Source: Mustelus asterias (Eukaryota). Taken from it: a stretch of 64,000 nt of DNA. How positions within the stretch are numbered: position 1 is the stretch's first letter; every line of letters begins with the position of its first letter. A program made the translations under genes and the position numbers. Positions 13,143 through 25,321 of the stretch are shown here, one piece after another. The stretch spans positions 91,884,001 to 91,948,000 of the forward strand of contig NC_135807.1 of assembly GCF_964213995.1 (NCBI RefSeq). Reading direction: 5' to 3'. The notes under the pieces were generated by a model. The model did no database searches. It saw only the letters and a program-made list of their open reading frames with translations, and was not told where the DNA came from.

Positions 13143-13796
13143 CGGGGCGGAGAATCCCTACTGTAGACGCGGTTGGAGAATCCGACCACATAAGACTCAC
13201 ATGGCGAAAGTCCTCACTTGTTTTAAGTAGTTGCATGATTGCTCTAAGAGCAGGTCACGTGATTTGATGGTGCCATAGAGATGTTTCAGAGACTCAACAC
13301 GGAGTTCAAAAGCCCTGGGTATGGGTTTCCCCCACGTGAGAATCCCATCCAGCTGTGTTCCCCGACCAACAAAAATGGGATTTGTTGGAAATGGGAGTGG
13401 GGCTTCCATATCCAGGGTCTCGGTGTCATTTTAGATAAAGTGGATACAGGGTGAATTGGCATGGATGGTATATGGGCAAAGGGTCCTGGGTTGACACAAT
13501 TGGGGCTGGGGACTGGATGGGGGTGAAGGGGATGGAAGGAGTAGTCCTAATATTCAGCAATGCAACTGGAAGAGTCCCCCAGAGAACTGAGATGCCCTTT
13601 TAACCAGCCTGCCTTGACACGAGGCAATCCTGTGGCTGCCTCTGATTTAGTTCGGGAGCCAGTGAGCCTTATCCCAATATGAACCTGTTCTCCTAGAACA
13701 AAGATCCCATCATTTCGATCAGCTTTTCCTTAAGGTAGGTGCAAAGAGCCAGAAAATTGCCTGACTCTGCACGCCTCAGGAACAAAAGTCTGGGCT
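13143..13796. mobile_element. GC-rich non-autonomous DNA element (Harbinger-type MITE)
   Basis: Ends GGGGCGGAGAATCCC / AAAAGTCTGGGC; internal GGCATGG-rich tract shared with 26930-27380, 32820-33240 and 37180-37350. Confidence 0.5.
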
Positions 13797-13814
13797 GTTG
13801 TCTTGTTATATATA

Positions 13815-13985
13815 ACCATTATCACATTGCTGTTTGTGGGAATTTGCACAAAAATGAGCTGTTTGTACTTTCTACTTTACAATAGTAAGTACACTTCCAA
13901 AAAGTACACCATGGGCTGTGAAGTGCTTTACGATATCAGATGATTTGTGAAAAGTCCTGTATAAATGCAAGTCTTTATTTTCTTT
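13815..13985 (+). mobile_element. DeuSINE/L2-derived 3' tail
   Basis: CATTATCACATTGCTGTTTGTGGGA...CACTTCCAAAAAGTAC...GGCTGTGAAGTGCTTT...TATAAATGCAAGTCTTT. Confidence 0.75.
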
Positions 13986-15129
13986 CATTACCTTGAACAT
14001 CTCCAAATCCATTTAAGGGTTTGTCCTAACGCTCCTCCAAGCAATTTTTCATTATGGAAAAACCCACTGTAGCTTTCTTTGTGACTATCTTTCTCTTGCA
14101 TCACTCCATCAGTGCTGCAGCATCAGGTTCCCCCAGTGATGTTTCATTTGTTTCAAATTCTAACCAACTCAAATCTAACCTACAGCTTGTCTTCCACTGA
14201 TGGGATTCTCAGCCTCTCTCTCTTGACTTTGAATGAAACTTCTATTTTCTTCATTGCTGAAACAAAATCAGTTACAATTTAAGTGCCAAACATTGCTGTG
14301 TTCTCGATATTTATATCTTTACAAAGCTCAAATGTATTTGTTCAAGAATTGAATATTAGTTTCATATTTGGGTACATTTTCTACCCTTTTTGGAAAAGAT
14401 AGCAGGAGCGCACCTTCTGATATTTAAATCATTTGCCTCCTCCATGCTCTGTCCTTACATTCCAACATTTTTAATCGTGCTCCTGAATTATTCAAACTTA
14501 TAAAGCCCAGGTTTGATTTACAACTTCCTGAGTGCTTCATCTCTTCTCTCCAAGACTTGGCATTCTAGACATTGGCTCTTCATTTAAAGAAAATTCAGAT
14601 TATCCATTTTCCACTCTGAAAATACCTTACTCCTTATCTTACGTTTGGGTGGTAATGATAATGCTAATGCCACACCTTGCTTCTTTCGGGGTACGGAAGA
14701 ACCCAGGTCCACATTTCTACTTCAGCTTTCCATTGCTGATATGGTTCAGAGTCAGAAAGGAATTGATGGATGGATAAAATTTACAATTTTGTACTGTCCC
14801 TCCACATTCTGCAATTTAATTTGTCAGCAAGAGTACAAATGTTTTCCTCAGAGGACTGAGACAAAAGGCATCACATCACCAAGCTTAAGGCTCATCCTCT
14901 GCCACCATTGTTACTCATATTAAATGGTTGTGGTGGAAGAATCACTTCACATTGGTCTTTAGGTTCCAGATGTTTAAATGTAAACATCTACTTCAGAGCT
15001 GATGGCCCAGAAGGAGCTCAACCCTCAAAGTGTTGCAGCTATTTTGATTTACAATACAATCAATGTTTTATTGGCAATTCGCTTAACAAAGTGATTGCCA
15101 CACTCTGATTAGTAGTACATTGGCAACCA

Positions 15130-15372
15130 CCACCGACAAGTTCCCCTTCAAGTCACACACCATCCTGTGACTCGGAACTATATTGTCAATCCTTCACTGT
15201 CACTTAGTTAAAATCCTGGAACTCTCTTCCTAACACCTCTGTGGGTGTACCTACACCACTGGACAGCAGTGATTGAAGAAGGCAGCTCACCAGCACCTTC
15301 TCAAGGACAATTAGAGACAGGCAATAAATGCTGGTCTTGCCAGAAGCATCAACATCACATGGACAAATAAGT
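15130..15372 (+). mobile_element. LINE 3' end (CR1/Jockey group), likely partner of the 2610-type SINE
   Basis: AAATCCTGGAACTCTCTTCCTAAC (KSWNSLP)...GAAGAAGGCAGCTCACCAGCACCTTCTCAAGGACAATTAG...CAATAAATGCTGG. Confidence 0.7.
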
Positions 15373-15710
15373 TAACAATAGAAGACATGGGATAAAATCT
15401 TAACCACACTCAAGACATTTACCATCGATTTTGTTGCTTTGTTGCTCAAAATGGGCATGCTAATTCAATAGCATTTAATATCTATGGTGTCCAACCTCTC
15501 TTTGACATGTGACAACTATACTTCAAATCATATTTTACATTTCAATGCAATAGCCATCAAGAGCACTACTAAGGTTTGATTTGTTCTTCATGGTTATTCT
15601 CAAGTCCACAACTGGAATTGGTTAAGTAAACCAATATATTACACAGCTCGTTTTAGGTTACACTGCATCTTTTTTTCAAATTATTCACCACAAACAGGTC
15701 TTGTGTTGAG

Positions 15711-15980
15711 AATCACAGTGCAGAATGAGGCCATTTGGCCCATCGAGTCCGCACTGACTCTCTGACAGAGCATCTTACCCAAACCCATCCCCCGCCCTAT
15801 CCCCTAACCCCATGCATTTACTCCACTAATCCTCCTAACCTACACTAAGGGGCAATTTAGCATGGCCAATCCACCTAATCTGCAAATCTTTGGACTGTGG
15901 GTGGAAACCGGAGAACCCGAAGGAAACCCACACAGAGACGGGGAGAATGTGCAAATTCCATACAGTCAGCCAAGGCTGGA
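15711..15980 (-). mobile_element. HE1-like V-SINE, head truncated
   Basis: Same core and tail as other copies. Confidence 0.88.
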
Positions 15981-16224
15981 TTTTTCAGTGTAAATGTTGG
16001 AGATTTTTATTATTTGTAACCTGGGCATGGGTATAATTGGAAAATCAAGCAGTCAAGAGTGCAACGTTCGGTAAATTAATTACTTCTGCATTTCCTATCT
16101 GCCAGTAGTATTAGAGCTGGTCATTTTAATCACCCAGTTCACTTTCCTGTATAGATCCATTGCACATATGGTCGTACAAAGCAGCCACTGAAAGTAGCAT
16201 TTTATGAAGAGTGCGATAAACATT

Positions 16225-17503
16225 GGGTAGAATTTTGACCCCACACCCCTCACCAATGACACAATGAGGTTCCTTCCCAAGAAGGTCAGGATCCTTATTT
16301 ATATAGATTATATAATTAGTGAGCCCTCACCCTGTGAAATGCCAGGCTGCATGGACAGAGTGGGGGACTCTGACAAGGGATATTGAGCAGCTACAGAAGG
16401 TCAAAAGACCATCACACAGTGGGCAGGATGAGTGCAGTCAGAATGAACTGCCAGCCATCAGGCTGCAAATTACATCCTCGGGGCATAAGCTATCTGGGAA
16501 GGAAAAGTCACTGGCTATGGAGGCTCGGTTTCAGGGAATAAAATTTGGGTGGCTGGTTTTTCAGGGTGGGTGCCTTGTTTAATCTGCAACCCATGAGAGC
16601 TGACCGAATTCAAGGATGAAAGTGACTGCAAATTGCTGCCCTAACATTATTCAGGTATGCCTTGCCTGCCACAGGGGGAAGCCCATTTCCTAATCAAATT
16701 CCTGACCCATCCTTGGCAAGTCAATTATGCCAATTTAGTCAGTCCTGCAATGCTTGAGTGTGCCACTGATTGGCGCCCAGTGATTAACTGTGTGTATGCC
16801 GAGTCCACAAGCACTGAATGCCAAGGTTTACACTCACCTCTCCATGACAGAGAGGTCTCACATGTTGCCCTGAATGCAAGGCAGGATGGTAGCAGCACTA
16901 ATCTATCACCCTGCTCTGGACATGAAGGGTGGAAGTAAACTGCCCTCAGTCCTCATCCGGTGGGGTGAGTATGAAGCCTGATGAGGCTCTCAAGGGTCAA
17001 AGCGCTTCCGTTAGGTGAAACTAATAGGGACAATTGTGGGGATACGGCCATTATGTGAGAGAGGAGGGAGTGAGGCTCACTCACATAGGAGACTGTGTAC
17101 GGGTGAACGTCCCAGATCCTGACAGAGCTGTGGATCAAGGCATTGTTAGGACTCCCCATTGCTCACTTTTATGTTCTCCTCCTTTCAGTTATTGATTCAA
17201 GAGAGTCATGGAGCCAGCCGAGCTGGCAGTTCTTTTGATAACTGTGGAGCAGAGGCAGTGACATTAACAGACAGCTGCACATGGCCAGGAACTGCACCCT
17301 GCTCAGGAGAGGGAGACTGGGACCACTGATTGCGGCGGTTAAGTTGTAGCGTGTTGAATGAATTGGAGGCAGGTTGCCATGGGTGCGGTGTGAATCACGT
17401 GGAAGAAAAATGTTCTTAAAGAGGCTGAACATACAAAAGCGTCAGCAGGATTCTCTCCAAATTTCTCGCCAACACTTTTAAAAAATATCGGAAAATTCCA
17501 CCC
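16225..17503. mobile_element. Non-autonomous PIF/Harbinger-like DNA element
   Basis: Terminal inverted repeats GGGTAGAATTTT / AAAATTCCACCC; GC-rich interior with a possible Myb-exon remnant (rc donor at ~16830). Confidence 0.55.
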
Positions 17504-17546
17504 ATCGTCAAGTTTTGCAGCTTTCTACAAAGCTTATACATTAAAC

Positions 17547-17848
17547 AGTTTAAAGTATATTTATTGTCACAAGCAGGTTTACATTAACACTGCAATGAAG
17601 TTACTGTGAAAATCCCCTAGTTGCCACACTCCGGCGCCTGTTCGGACACACTGAGGGAGAATGTAGCATGGCCAATGCACTTAATGAGCTCGTCTTTTGG
17701 AGTGTAGGAGGAAACCGGAGCACCCGGGGGAAACCCACAGACACGGAGAGAATGTGCAGGCTCTGCACACACAGTGACCCAAGCCGGGAATCAAACCCAA
17801 GTCCCTGGCGCTGTGAGGCAGCAGTGCTAACCACTGTGCCACCATGCC
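17547..17848 (-). mobile_element. V-SINE variant with alternative tail
   Basis: Head and core as HE1; tail tttattgtcacaagcaggtttacattaacactgcaatgaagttactgtg. Confidence 0.9.
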
Positions 17849-18395
17849 TATAAACAGTGAATGGAAGCAAGCACAGTACTTTCATCTGCATAAAATATAA
17901 ACAGCAGATACAATGTTGGCTGACTCTTTTAATTTATCGGTTCACGTATCGGTTTACTCCGAAAGTATGAAGAGAAATGGAAATGGGGGAGGTTAACTGC
18001 AATGCAGCTGACATTATAAACCCATTATGTGAAGAAGCCTGCAAATATAGCTGATCCAAATATCTACATATTTTTAAATATTTACTTAAAATCTTACAGT
18101 AGAATAAAGCTTCTCCAAAAAGTTCACATTTAACATGGATATTCCCATTGTATCATTGTTAAATTGCCTTCAAATGTTACAGTGCTATCCAAGCAAGGTG
18201 CCTGCATTAATATACAGTGGGAATTCTCTAACCCAAGACTGTATTTAATTTACCAAAGAGGTGAATTGGTAATACAACATTAGACTTTGCATAAAAAATT
18301 AAACTCAAATATTTGATCTCAGCTACGGCTGCTGTAAGATGCTGCAATTTGTCTCAGTGCAGCCAGATTAAGGAAATAAATATTACTGACCATTA

Positions 18396-18680
18396 GGGTG
18401 GGCGGCACAGTGGTTAGCCAGGGATTTGGGTTCAATTCCGGCCTTGGGAGACTGTACATGTGGAGTTTGCATATTCTCCCAGTGACTGCGTGTGTTTCCT
18501 CTGGGTGCTCTGGTTTCCCCCCCACAGTCCAAAGGTGTATAGGTTACGTGGATTATCCCTTGTAAATGCATGGGGCTTTGGGGATGGGGGGGAATTGGAC
18601 CTGGGTAACGTGCTCCTTTGGAGAATCGGTGCAGACTCAATGGGCCAAATGGCCTTCTTCTGCACTGTCAGAACTCTATG
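18396..18680 (+). mobile_element. HE1-like V-SINE
   Basis: A/B box head, core, TGGGCCAAATGGCC tail. Confidence 0.88.
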
Positions 18681-19523
18681 GTTGGATGATTTGAGGGCTT
18701 TGTTTCCTGATCTCCAAAGAGCAAATGTGCTCAAAGTAGATGTGGAAAGGTCAAAATCCTGCTGACACTCAACATCTATCTAGCCTGGCCAGTGAGAATG
18801 GTGATTTGGAGGTGGTACCAAAGATGCCCATTACCCATTGAATTCCATCTCCAGAAATAGTTTATGGAAAAAGAAAGAAGGAAGAGGAGAAAAATAGAAT
18901 TGATTGCACATCTTAGTAATTTTTTTAAATTTTATGTTTTATGTATGGGACAGTATCCTGTCTAGATTCCTGTTAAAAAATGCATAATAAAGTCCATTAT
19001 GCCATTAAGCACTCAGCATAAAAAGCTTCTCAACTATTATCTGAACAGCTCAGTCTGAAACTATGATAGTCAGCAGACTCTGTTGCAGATGTGGTCACTT
19101 CCAATATGCATTGGCACTTTAGCGTTTAACTGCAGAGCTCAGACCCACTATGACAGCAAGAAGGATTGTTTGTCAAACAACAGCACAAATATATCAATTG
19201 TTTAGTGATCAAATCACCCTGCCCTATATATAAACATTGGCAATTTAATAGACTGTGACCTAATTCCACTAATGAAATTAAGGCTCTTTGATCAGTTTTC
19301 CTGCAAGAGCATTTTGCTCGGATTCTTAAAAAAACAAAAGCAAATACAATTAAGATTACAAAATGTTGTAAATTTCAGAAACATTTTTAGTCCAAATCAC
19401 AAACAAAATAGTAACATGCAGCAGAATTTTCCATTCTGGAGACTAAGTTCGGTGGCAGAAGCAAAATTTGAACTGATTTCTGCTGGAGAGCAAGATGGTT
19501 GAACATGTGAGATCTTGCACGGT

Positions 19524-19781
19524 TAGAATCATAGAGTCACTACAGTACAGAATGAGGCCATTTGGCACATCGAACCTGCACTGACAACAATTCCACCCAG
19601 GCCCGAGCCCTGTAACCCCATGTATTCTCTGCTAATCCCCCTGATACTAAGGGGAAATTTAGCATGGCCCATCAACCTAATCTGCACACCTTTGGATGGT
19701 GGGAGGAAACCGGAGCACCTGGAGGAAACCCGTGCAGACACCGGGAGAATGTGCAAACGCCACACAGACATTGACCTGAGG
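19524..19781 (-). mobile_element. HE1-like V-SINE inserted in a GC-rich DNA element (~19420-20345)
   Basis: Full head, core and tail on the minus strand. Confidence 0.9.
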
Positions 19782-20759
19782 CCGGAATTGAACTCGGGTC
19801 TCCAGCGCTGTGAGGCAGCAGTGCTGACCACTGTGCCACCGTTCAGCTCGTTCATAATGCATCTGTAAGGAACACGTTGAATCACGTTGAATTGGAAACA
19901 CGGGAACTCAAGGTGCCATCTTTGAACGGCACACAGACAGCCATTCACTCTGTGCCTTGACCACCTCCCCTCAGCCCACCCCACGCACACAGCCTCCCTC
20001 AGTCTCACCCCTCTCCTGTGCCCAGCTTTGGCACAGTGGTTGTGCCAGGCAGCTGATTTCTTTCAGTCACGGTGTGAGAAGAAGGTAAAAGCAGTGTCTA
20101 CGGGCCAGGAAGTCCAGGGAGGAGTCTACCTCACTGGGCAAACTCCACTCATCAGTCAGGAAACAGGATGTTTTAAATTCCCATTGGCGGGGCACTAAAT
20201 TTGGAGCCGAGGGCGTTACAATTCCGATGTGTTGGGTTTTTCATGAACATTCACGAAATATATATGGGCTGCCCGATACAGTTGTGCAGGACACTCGACT
20301 GCCATTAACTCACCATGAACGTTGGGAAAACAGGATTCCAAATTAAATTCTCAACACCAGGAAACTGAGTTCTGGACTCCTGTCAAATCTTGCTCTGCTC
20401 GCCCCTGCCCCTGCCGCCCCTCCACCCCCTCACCTACACATCCTCCATGCTTCCTGTTGCTGGGGGAATGGCAAATTCCACCTGGACTTTCCCAACCTAC
20501 TGCTCTTTTTTCGTATCTTCCTATAAGATTGCTCACAATGTATTTGTATTCCCGAAGGGTTAATCATCAAAAAAAATGTGGTTGACTATTTTCAAAAGTG
20601 TTTAGGTGTCTATGTGGATCTATGAGTAATGCTTGAAAATAAGACTAATTATAAAGTGAAGAGGGTCCATTACAGTACAGATCCTTCCGCCCACAGGATA
20701 GAGATCGAAACAGTCCTGAAACTGTTACACTCTCTGAATGGAAAAATTAATGATTGATT

Positions 20760-21550
20760 GGTCTGGATTTTGTAGCAGGCTTTAGCACCCCAATGTCAGG
20801 GTCAATGGAGTTTCTGAATTTGCACTCGGCAGAAAGGAGATGGATGGAGCGATCCTCCAGAGGCAGCTTCCTTAGTGGCCCTCCTGAGCTGGCCAACCTA
20901 TCGCGGACAGTGGGCGGATTCCTCATGCTGCTGGTCCAGAGGGCCAGCTGCTTTCAAGCCTCAGTAGCCCCACCTAGAGAAGTGAGTGCTGATCGGGCAG
21001 ATTGGGGATCGCAAGGGTTTTTCAACATGGAGACACCCTCACCAGCCTACACATCTGGGAATGAAAAAAAGTAGGATCTAGTCTGATACCCCAAGCATAG
21101 TAAAGGGGAATCCCCTGTGCTTGATTGGTCTCAATCACATCCGCAGCCTTTTATAAACATAGCCGCCCACCTTATTGCATGGAGCCTCTGGCTCTTAACA
21201 CAGGGAGGCTTCCTTCAAGGAGATGACAGTCTCTGAACATGGTCGTGGTGGGGGTCTGCCAAGAGCAAATAAATGAGGCTGAAAAATCACCTCTAATTAG
21301 TGCCTTAATGCAAATTGGCGGTATATCTCCATACAGCATGTATCCAAATGCTTCCCAGCCCGCTCCTGGGAAAATTTCCTGGTGGGAGGAATGCATCGAG
21401 TAGCCATCCAGAAGTGGTTTCCTTCCATTTCCCTAGCAAACCCTCACCCATCCCCCCCCCCCACCCCACCCGCATCAACCACACCCCTCCCCACCACCCC
21501 TGCTGACTCACCTCCAAACCTGCCAGCACAGGGCCAGAAATGTTCAGTCC
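20760..21550. mobile_element. GC-rich MITE-like element
   Basis: Imperfect TIRs GGTCTGGATTTT / AAATGTTCAGTCC, same terminal motif family as 16225-17503. Confidence 0.45.
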
Positions 21551-21679
21551 ATTGGCTTTAATAAATTATGTAACTTGCAACAAGCAAATCCATTGGAAGA
21601 TTTCACATATCATTGCTCATAGCAAGTCTGAGTTCTTATTAGAACACAGTTCATCTGGCAAGTAGTATTACCATTCTAT

Positions 21680-21805
21680 TGGAAAAGTAAAATACTGGAA
21701 ATCTGAAATGTAAAAGATCACTGAAAACACTCAGCAGGTCGGACAGAGTCGGTGGAGAGGGATAGAGTTAACATTCAAAGTCAATGGCTCCTTCATTGGA
21801 GTAAG
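21680..21805 (-). mobile_element. Penelope pLTR remnant
   Basis: aaaagtaaaatactggaaatctgaaat...actcagcaggtc...gttaacatt...ccttcatt resembles the 674-897 family; ends at the degenerate HHR. Confidence 0.6.
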
Positions 21806-21883
21806 TGCGGAAGGTTAGAAATACAATTTTCTGAGCCATTGGAAGGGGTAAATGGGGTGTGGGGCAAGTAGTATAAAAGAGAT

Positions 21884-22089
21884 GGGGTGAGATCTTCCAG
21901 CTGTTCACGCCGGTGGGATCTTCAGGTCCCGCTGAGTGCGCACCTCCACTGCGGGTCTCCCGGCGGCATGTGGATTCAATGGGAAATTCCACTGACAGCG
22001 GCGGGATCAAATGATCCCTCTGCTGGCCAATGGTGGGCCACCTCCCACTGCCCAAAAACATGTCACAGGGAAACCAGAGAATCACACCC
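21884..22089. mobile_element. ~205-bp MITE (Harbinger-type termini)
   Basis: GGGGTGAGATCTTCC / GAGAATCACACCC ends; internal inverted motifs TCCCGCTG/CAGCGGCGGGATC. Confidence 0.55.
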
Positions 22090-22649
22090 AAGGCCTTTGT
22101 TAAGGTGAAGCTTAGGAGAGATTAAATAACAAAACATAACAGGGCACAAAAGCCAAAGTTAATGGATACAGTAGAGAAAGAGGAGATGCATCCAGTGTTT
22201 ATATTCACAAATTGTTGTTGCCTTGCAACCTGGGAAGGAGATTCAAAATCTGACAGACAGGCCCCAGAGCCAGATAGCACTGGATGGAGATGTCTGGATT
22301 TGCAAGGATACTCAAAACAGAGTTTCTGGGCATAGTAGGGCAGGTCCTTGGATGTATAATCAAGTGTTACAAAGGGTGTTAAGATCTGGGTGCATAAGCA
22401 AGGATGGTTTAAGGATCTGGGAGCAGTGGGATAGGGAGGCACTGGGAATGCCATCTTGGCTTCAGTTCTAATTAAGAGAAACCCAAATTCTGAAGAGGAA
22501 TGGGGCAATTTCTAGGAGCCTAATATTATAGCTCAGCAGGGCTCGAAAAGTGGCTTCAGAAAAATGAAGCAATTAGACCCAGTGGAACCCTGCCAAATAG
22601 TTGGTGTCGAGTTGGTTTTTAGTGCTCGTCTCCCTATTATTTGAACCCC

Positions 22650-22780
22650 CATTCCACTCACCTGATGAAGGAGCAGCACTCCGAAAGCTTGTGATTCCAA
22701 ATAAACCAGTTGGACTTAACCTGGTGTTGAGGAACTTCTTACTGTGCTTTACCTCAGTCCAATGCTGGCATCTCCACATC
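22650..22780 (+). mobile_element. Penelope pLTR 3' end
   Basis: Same sequence as the arms of 23393-24300 and 25322-25572; AATAAA at 22700-22705; ends CATCTCCACAT. Confidence 0.88.
22658..22694 (+). ncRNA. Minimal type I hammerhead ribozyme motif (PLE type)
   Basis: Stem I TCAC/GTGA; core CTGATGA (22662-22668) + A; stem II GGAG-cagca-CTCC; GAAA (22683-22686); palindromic AGCT stem III; H17=U at 22690. Confidence 0.8.
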
Positions 22781-23392
22781 AGAAAGAATCACAATATTTA
22801 CTATTGCCATAACTCAGCATCATTGGGAGAGGCAAGGCCTTGTGGGGTATGGACTAGGAGAATTGGAAACAAACTGCTGAACCATTTCATTCCAATTACT
22901 CATTATTGTTCTTGCCTGATAGCTTCCTTTGCTAACCATCTGCTTCTGCTTTTGTGCCTTCAGGTACTAACCTGCTTAAACTATTACTTTCCACATTGTC
23001 AATTGGTTCCTGTCTATTAAAGCATTTAATTGTAAAGCTCCTGCTTCATGAAATTAATGGATAGAAAATCGAAGGACACGGGCACATTTTCACAATCTGT
23101 GCGTCATGTGCTTGGACAAATTATTTTATGAACATAAGCTTTTGTAAACTAACACAAATTCATAAAGTATGCAAAACATCCGTTTATATAGTTTCTGGAT
23201 TCAGAGCTATGAGGGGATTTTCTGCTCCCGTTTTTGGGGCAGGATCAGCGGCAGGAGCGGAAAATCCCACGGGAGTCCCAAACGGTGGTTTGCGCTGGAG
23301 GGATTTCCTGCTCGGATTGTTCTCGACTCTCCCCCACCATCCGCCAAATGAATCAGGAAAACAGGAATCCCAACGTTTAACCTGGCAGGGAG

Positions 23393-24320
23393 CAGTAAGA
23401 AGTCTCACAAAACCAGGTTAAAGTCCAACACGTTTATTTGGTAGCAAAAGCCACTAGCTTTTGGAGCGCTGCCCCTTCATCAGGTGAGTGGGAGGTCTAT
23501 TCACAAGCAGGGCATGTAAAAACACAAACTCAATTTACAAAATAATGGTTGGATTGCGAGCCTTTACAGGTAATCAAGTCTTAAAGGTACAGACAATGTG
23601 AGTGGAGAGAGCGTTAAGCACAGGTTAAAGAGATGTGTATTGTCTCCAGCCAGGACAGTTGGTGAGATTTTGCAAGCCCAGGCAAGTCGTGGGGGTTACA
23701 GATAGCGTGACATGAACCCAAGATCCCGGTTGAGGCCGTCCTCATGTGTGCGGAACTTGGCTATCAGTCTCTGCTCAGCGACTCTGCGTTGTCGTGAAGG
23801 CCGCCTTGGAGAACGCTTACCTGAAGATCAGAGGCCGAATGCCCATGTCCAAGGCGGCCTTCACGACACATGACAACGCAGAGTCGCTGAGCAGAGATTG
23901 ATAGCTAAGTTCCGCACACATGAGGACGGCCTCAACCGGGATCTTGGGTTCATGTCACACTATCTGTAACCCCCACGACTTGCCTGGGCTTGCAAAATCT
24001 CACTAACTGTCCTGTCTGGAGACAATACACATCTCTTTAACCTGTGCTTAACGCTCTCTCCACTCACATTGCCTGTACCTTTAAGACTTGATTACCTGTA
24101 AAGGCTTGCATTCCAACCATTATTTTGTAAATTGAGTTTGTGTCTTTATATGCCCTGTTTGTGAATAGAACTTCCACTCACCTGATGAAAGGGCAGCGCT
24201 CCAAAAGCTAGTGGCTTTTGCTACCAAATAAACCTGTTGGACTTTAAACCTGGTGTTGTGAGACTTCTTACTGTGTTTACCCCAGTCCAACGCCGGCATC
24301 TCCATGTCATGACTACCATC
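23393..24320. mobile_element. Penelope-like element with inverted duplication (GIY-YIG C-terminus + pLTR + HHR in each arm)
   Basis: Arms 23393-23810 and 23848-24273 are reverse complements. Right arm encodes QGGLHDT*QRRVAEQRLIAKFRTHEDGLNRDLGFMSHYL*. Direct repeat agggagcagta at 23387-23397 and 24322-24332. Confidence 0.93.
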
Positions 24321-25321
24321 GAGGGAGCAGTACCCAGGCTGTATCAGGGGGAATATGCCTGGGCAGTGCCAGGGGTTCCATGTGCGGGGGGGGGGGGGGG
24401 GTGTTTTGTGGGGAGGGGGGATTGTTGTGTGGTTGGGTTTTCTCTGATGGGGTAGTGCTGCACAAGTGACTGTTTTATGGGATGGGGGTTGGTGCATGGG
24501 TATTCCATGGGGGTGAATTCCATCAGGGGAGATCTCCATGTCGGGGCCGCAATGTTTGCTGGAGAGAAGGTTAGTTCTATTTCTTTATGTTTTATTTCAG
24601 GCGCCCTCCACCATTGTGGCATCATTGGACCCACCTCTTAACTTTCATTTTAACTAAGTCCCTCACAACACAGCGGAGGAAGCTGTCCTAGTGACCAGAG
24701 GCTTCCAATGCCGTTTTTCCCACCTGCTGCACTACACTGTACAAAAAGTGAGAAAGTTCCACCTCATGTATTCTATTAAGCCTCAACACCAATTCAGACA
24801 ACAATTTTTTAGTGATTGGACAGCCAAAGTAAATAGAGACAAGTGACAAAAGAAATACATTCTCAATAAACACGTTTGGTTCTTGATGCTGGTGCCGTCC
24901 ATCTGAACAATTCATTACCAAAATCACCATTGGTCAATAAATGTTATCAGCTGTCTGAAGATTTGAGAATTTAACCTTCAGTTTCTTTCAATGTCAGAAT
25001 TGTTACAGTGCTGGACGAGGCCATTCAGTCCATCGTGTCTGCCTGGCTCGTCTTGAAAGAAAGAAATGATCAGAAAATGTGGTATCTTTCAGCTGCTGTT
25101 GGTGCTCAGACCATGTACTGCATATGCATGGATGTGGTTAAGATGTGAGACAGAAGTCATGGACTGAATGTTCTTGGCAGTCGGACAATGCAGGAAGGCA
25201 TTGTGAGGGAAGACCTAGATCATCTCACTAAATGACAAATTGCCAGTGGTGACAAACTAGGTGGTGACTCAGTTAAGTCCCACATCCTGCCCAACAGGTA
25301 TTTGGCCTGCATTGAGAGGAC

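Noticed and set aside
16973-17010. GAAGC-CTGATGA-GGCTCTCAAGGGTC-AAAGC-GCTTC, hammerhead-like
   Set aside because: Stems I and II can be drawn, but GAAA, stem III and the UH cleavage site are missing; likely chance within a Harbinger-like element.
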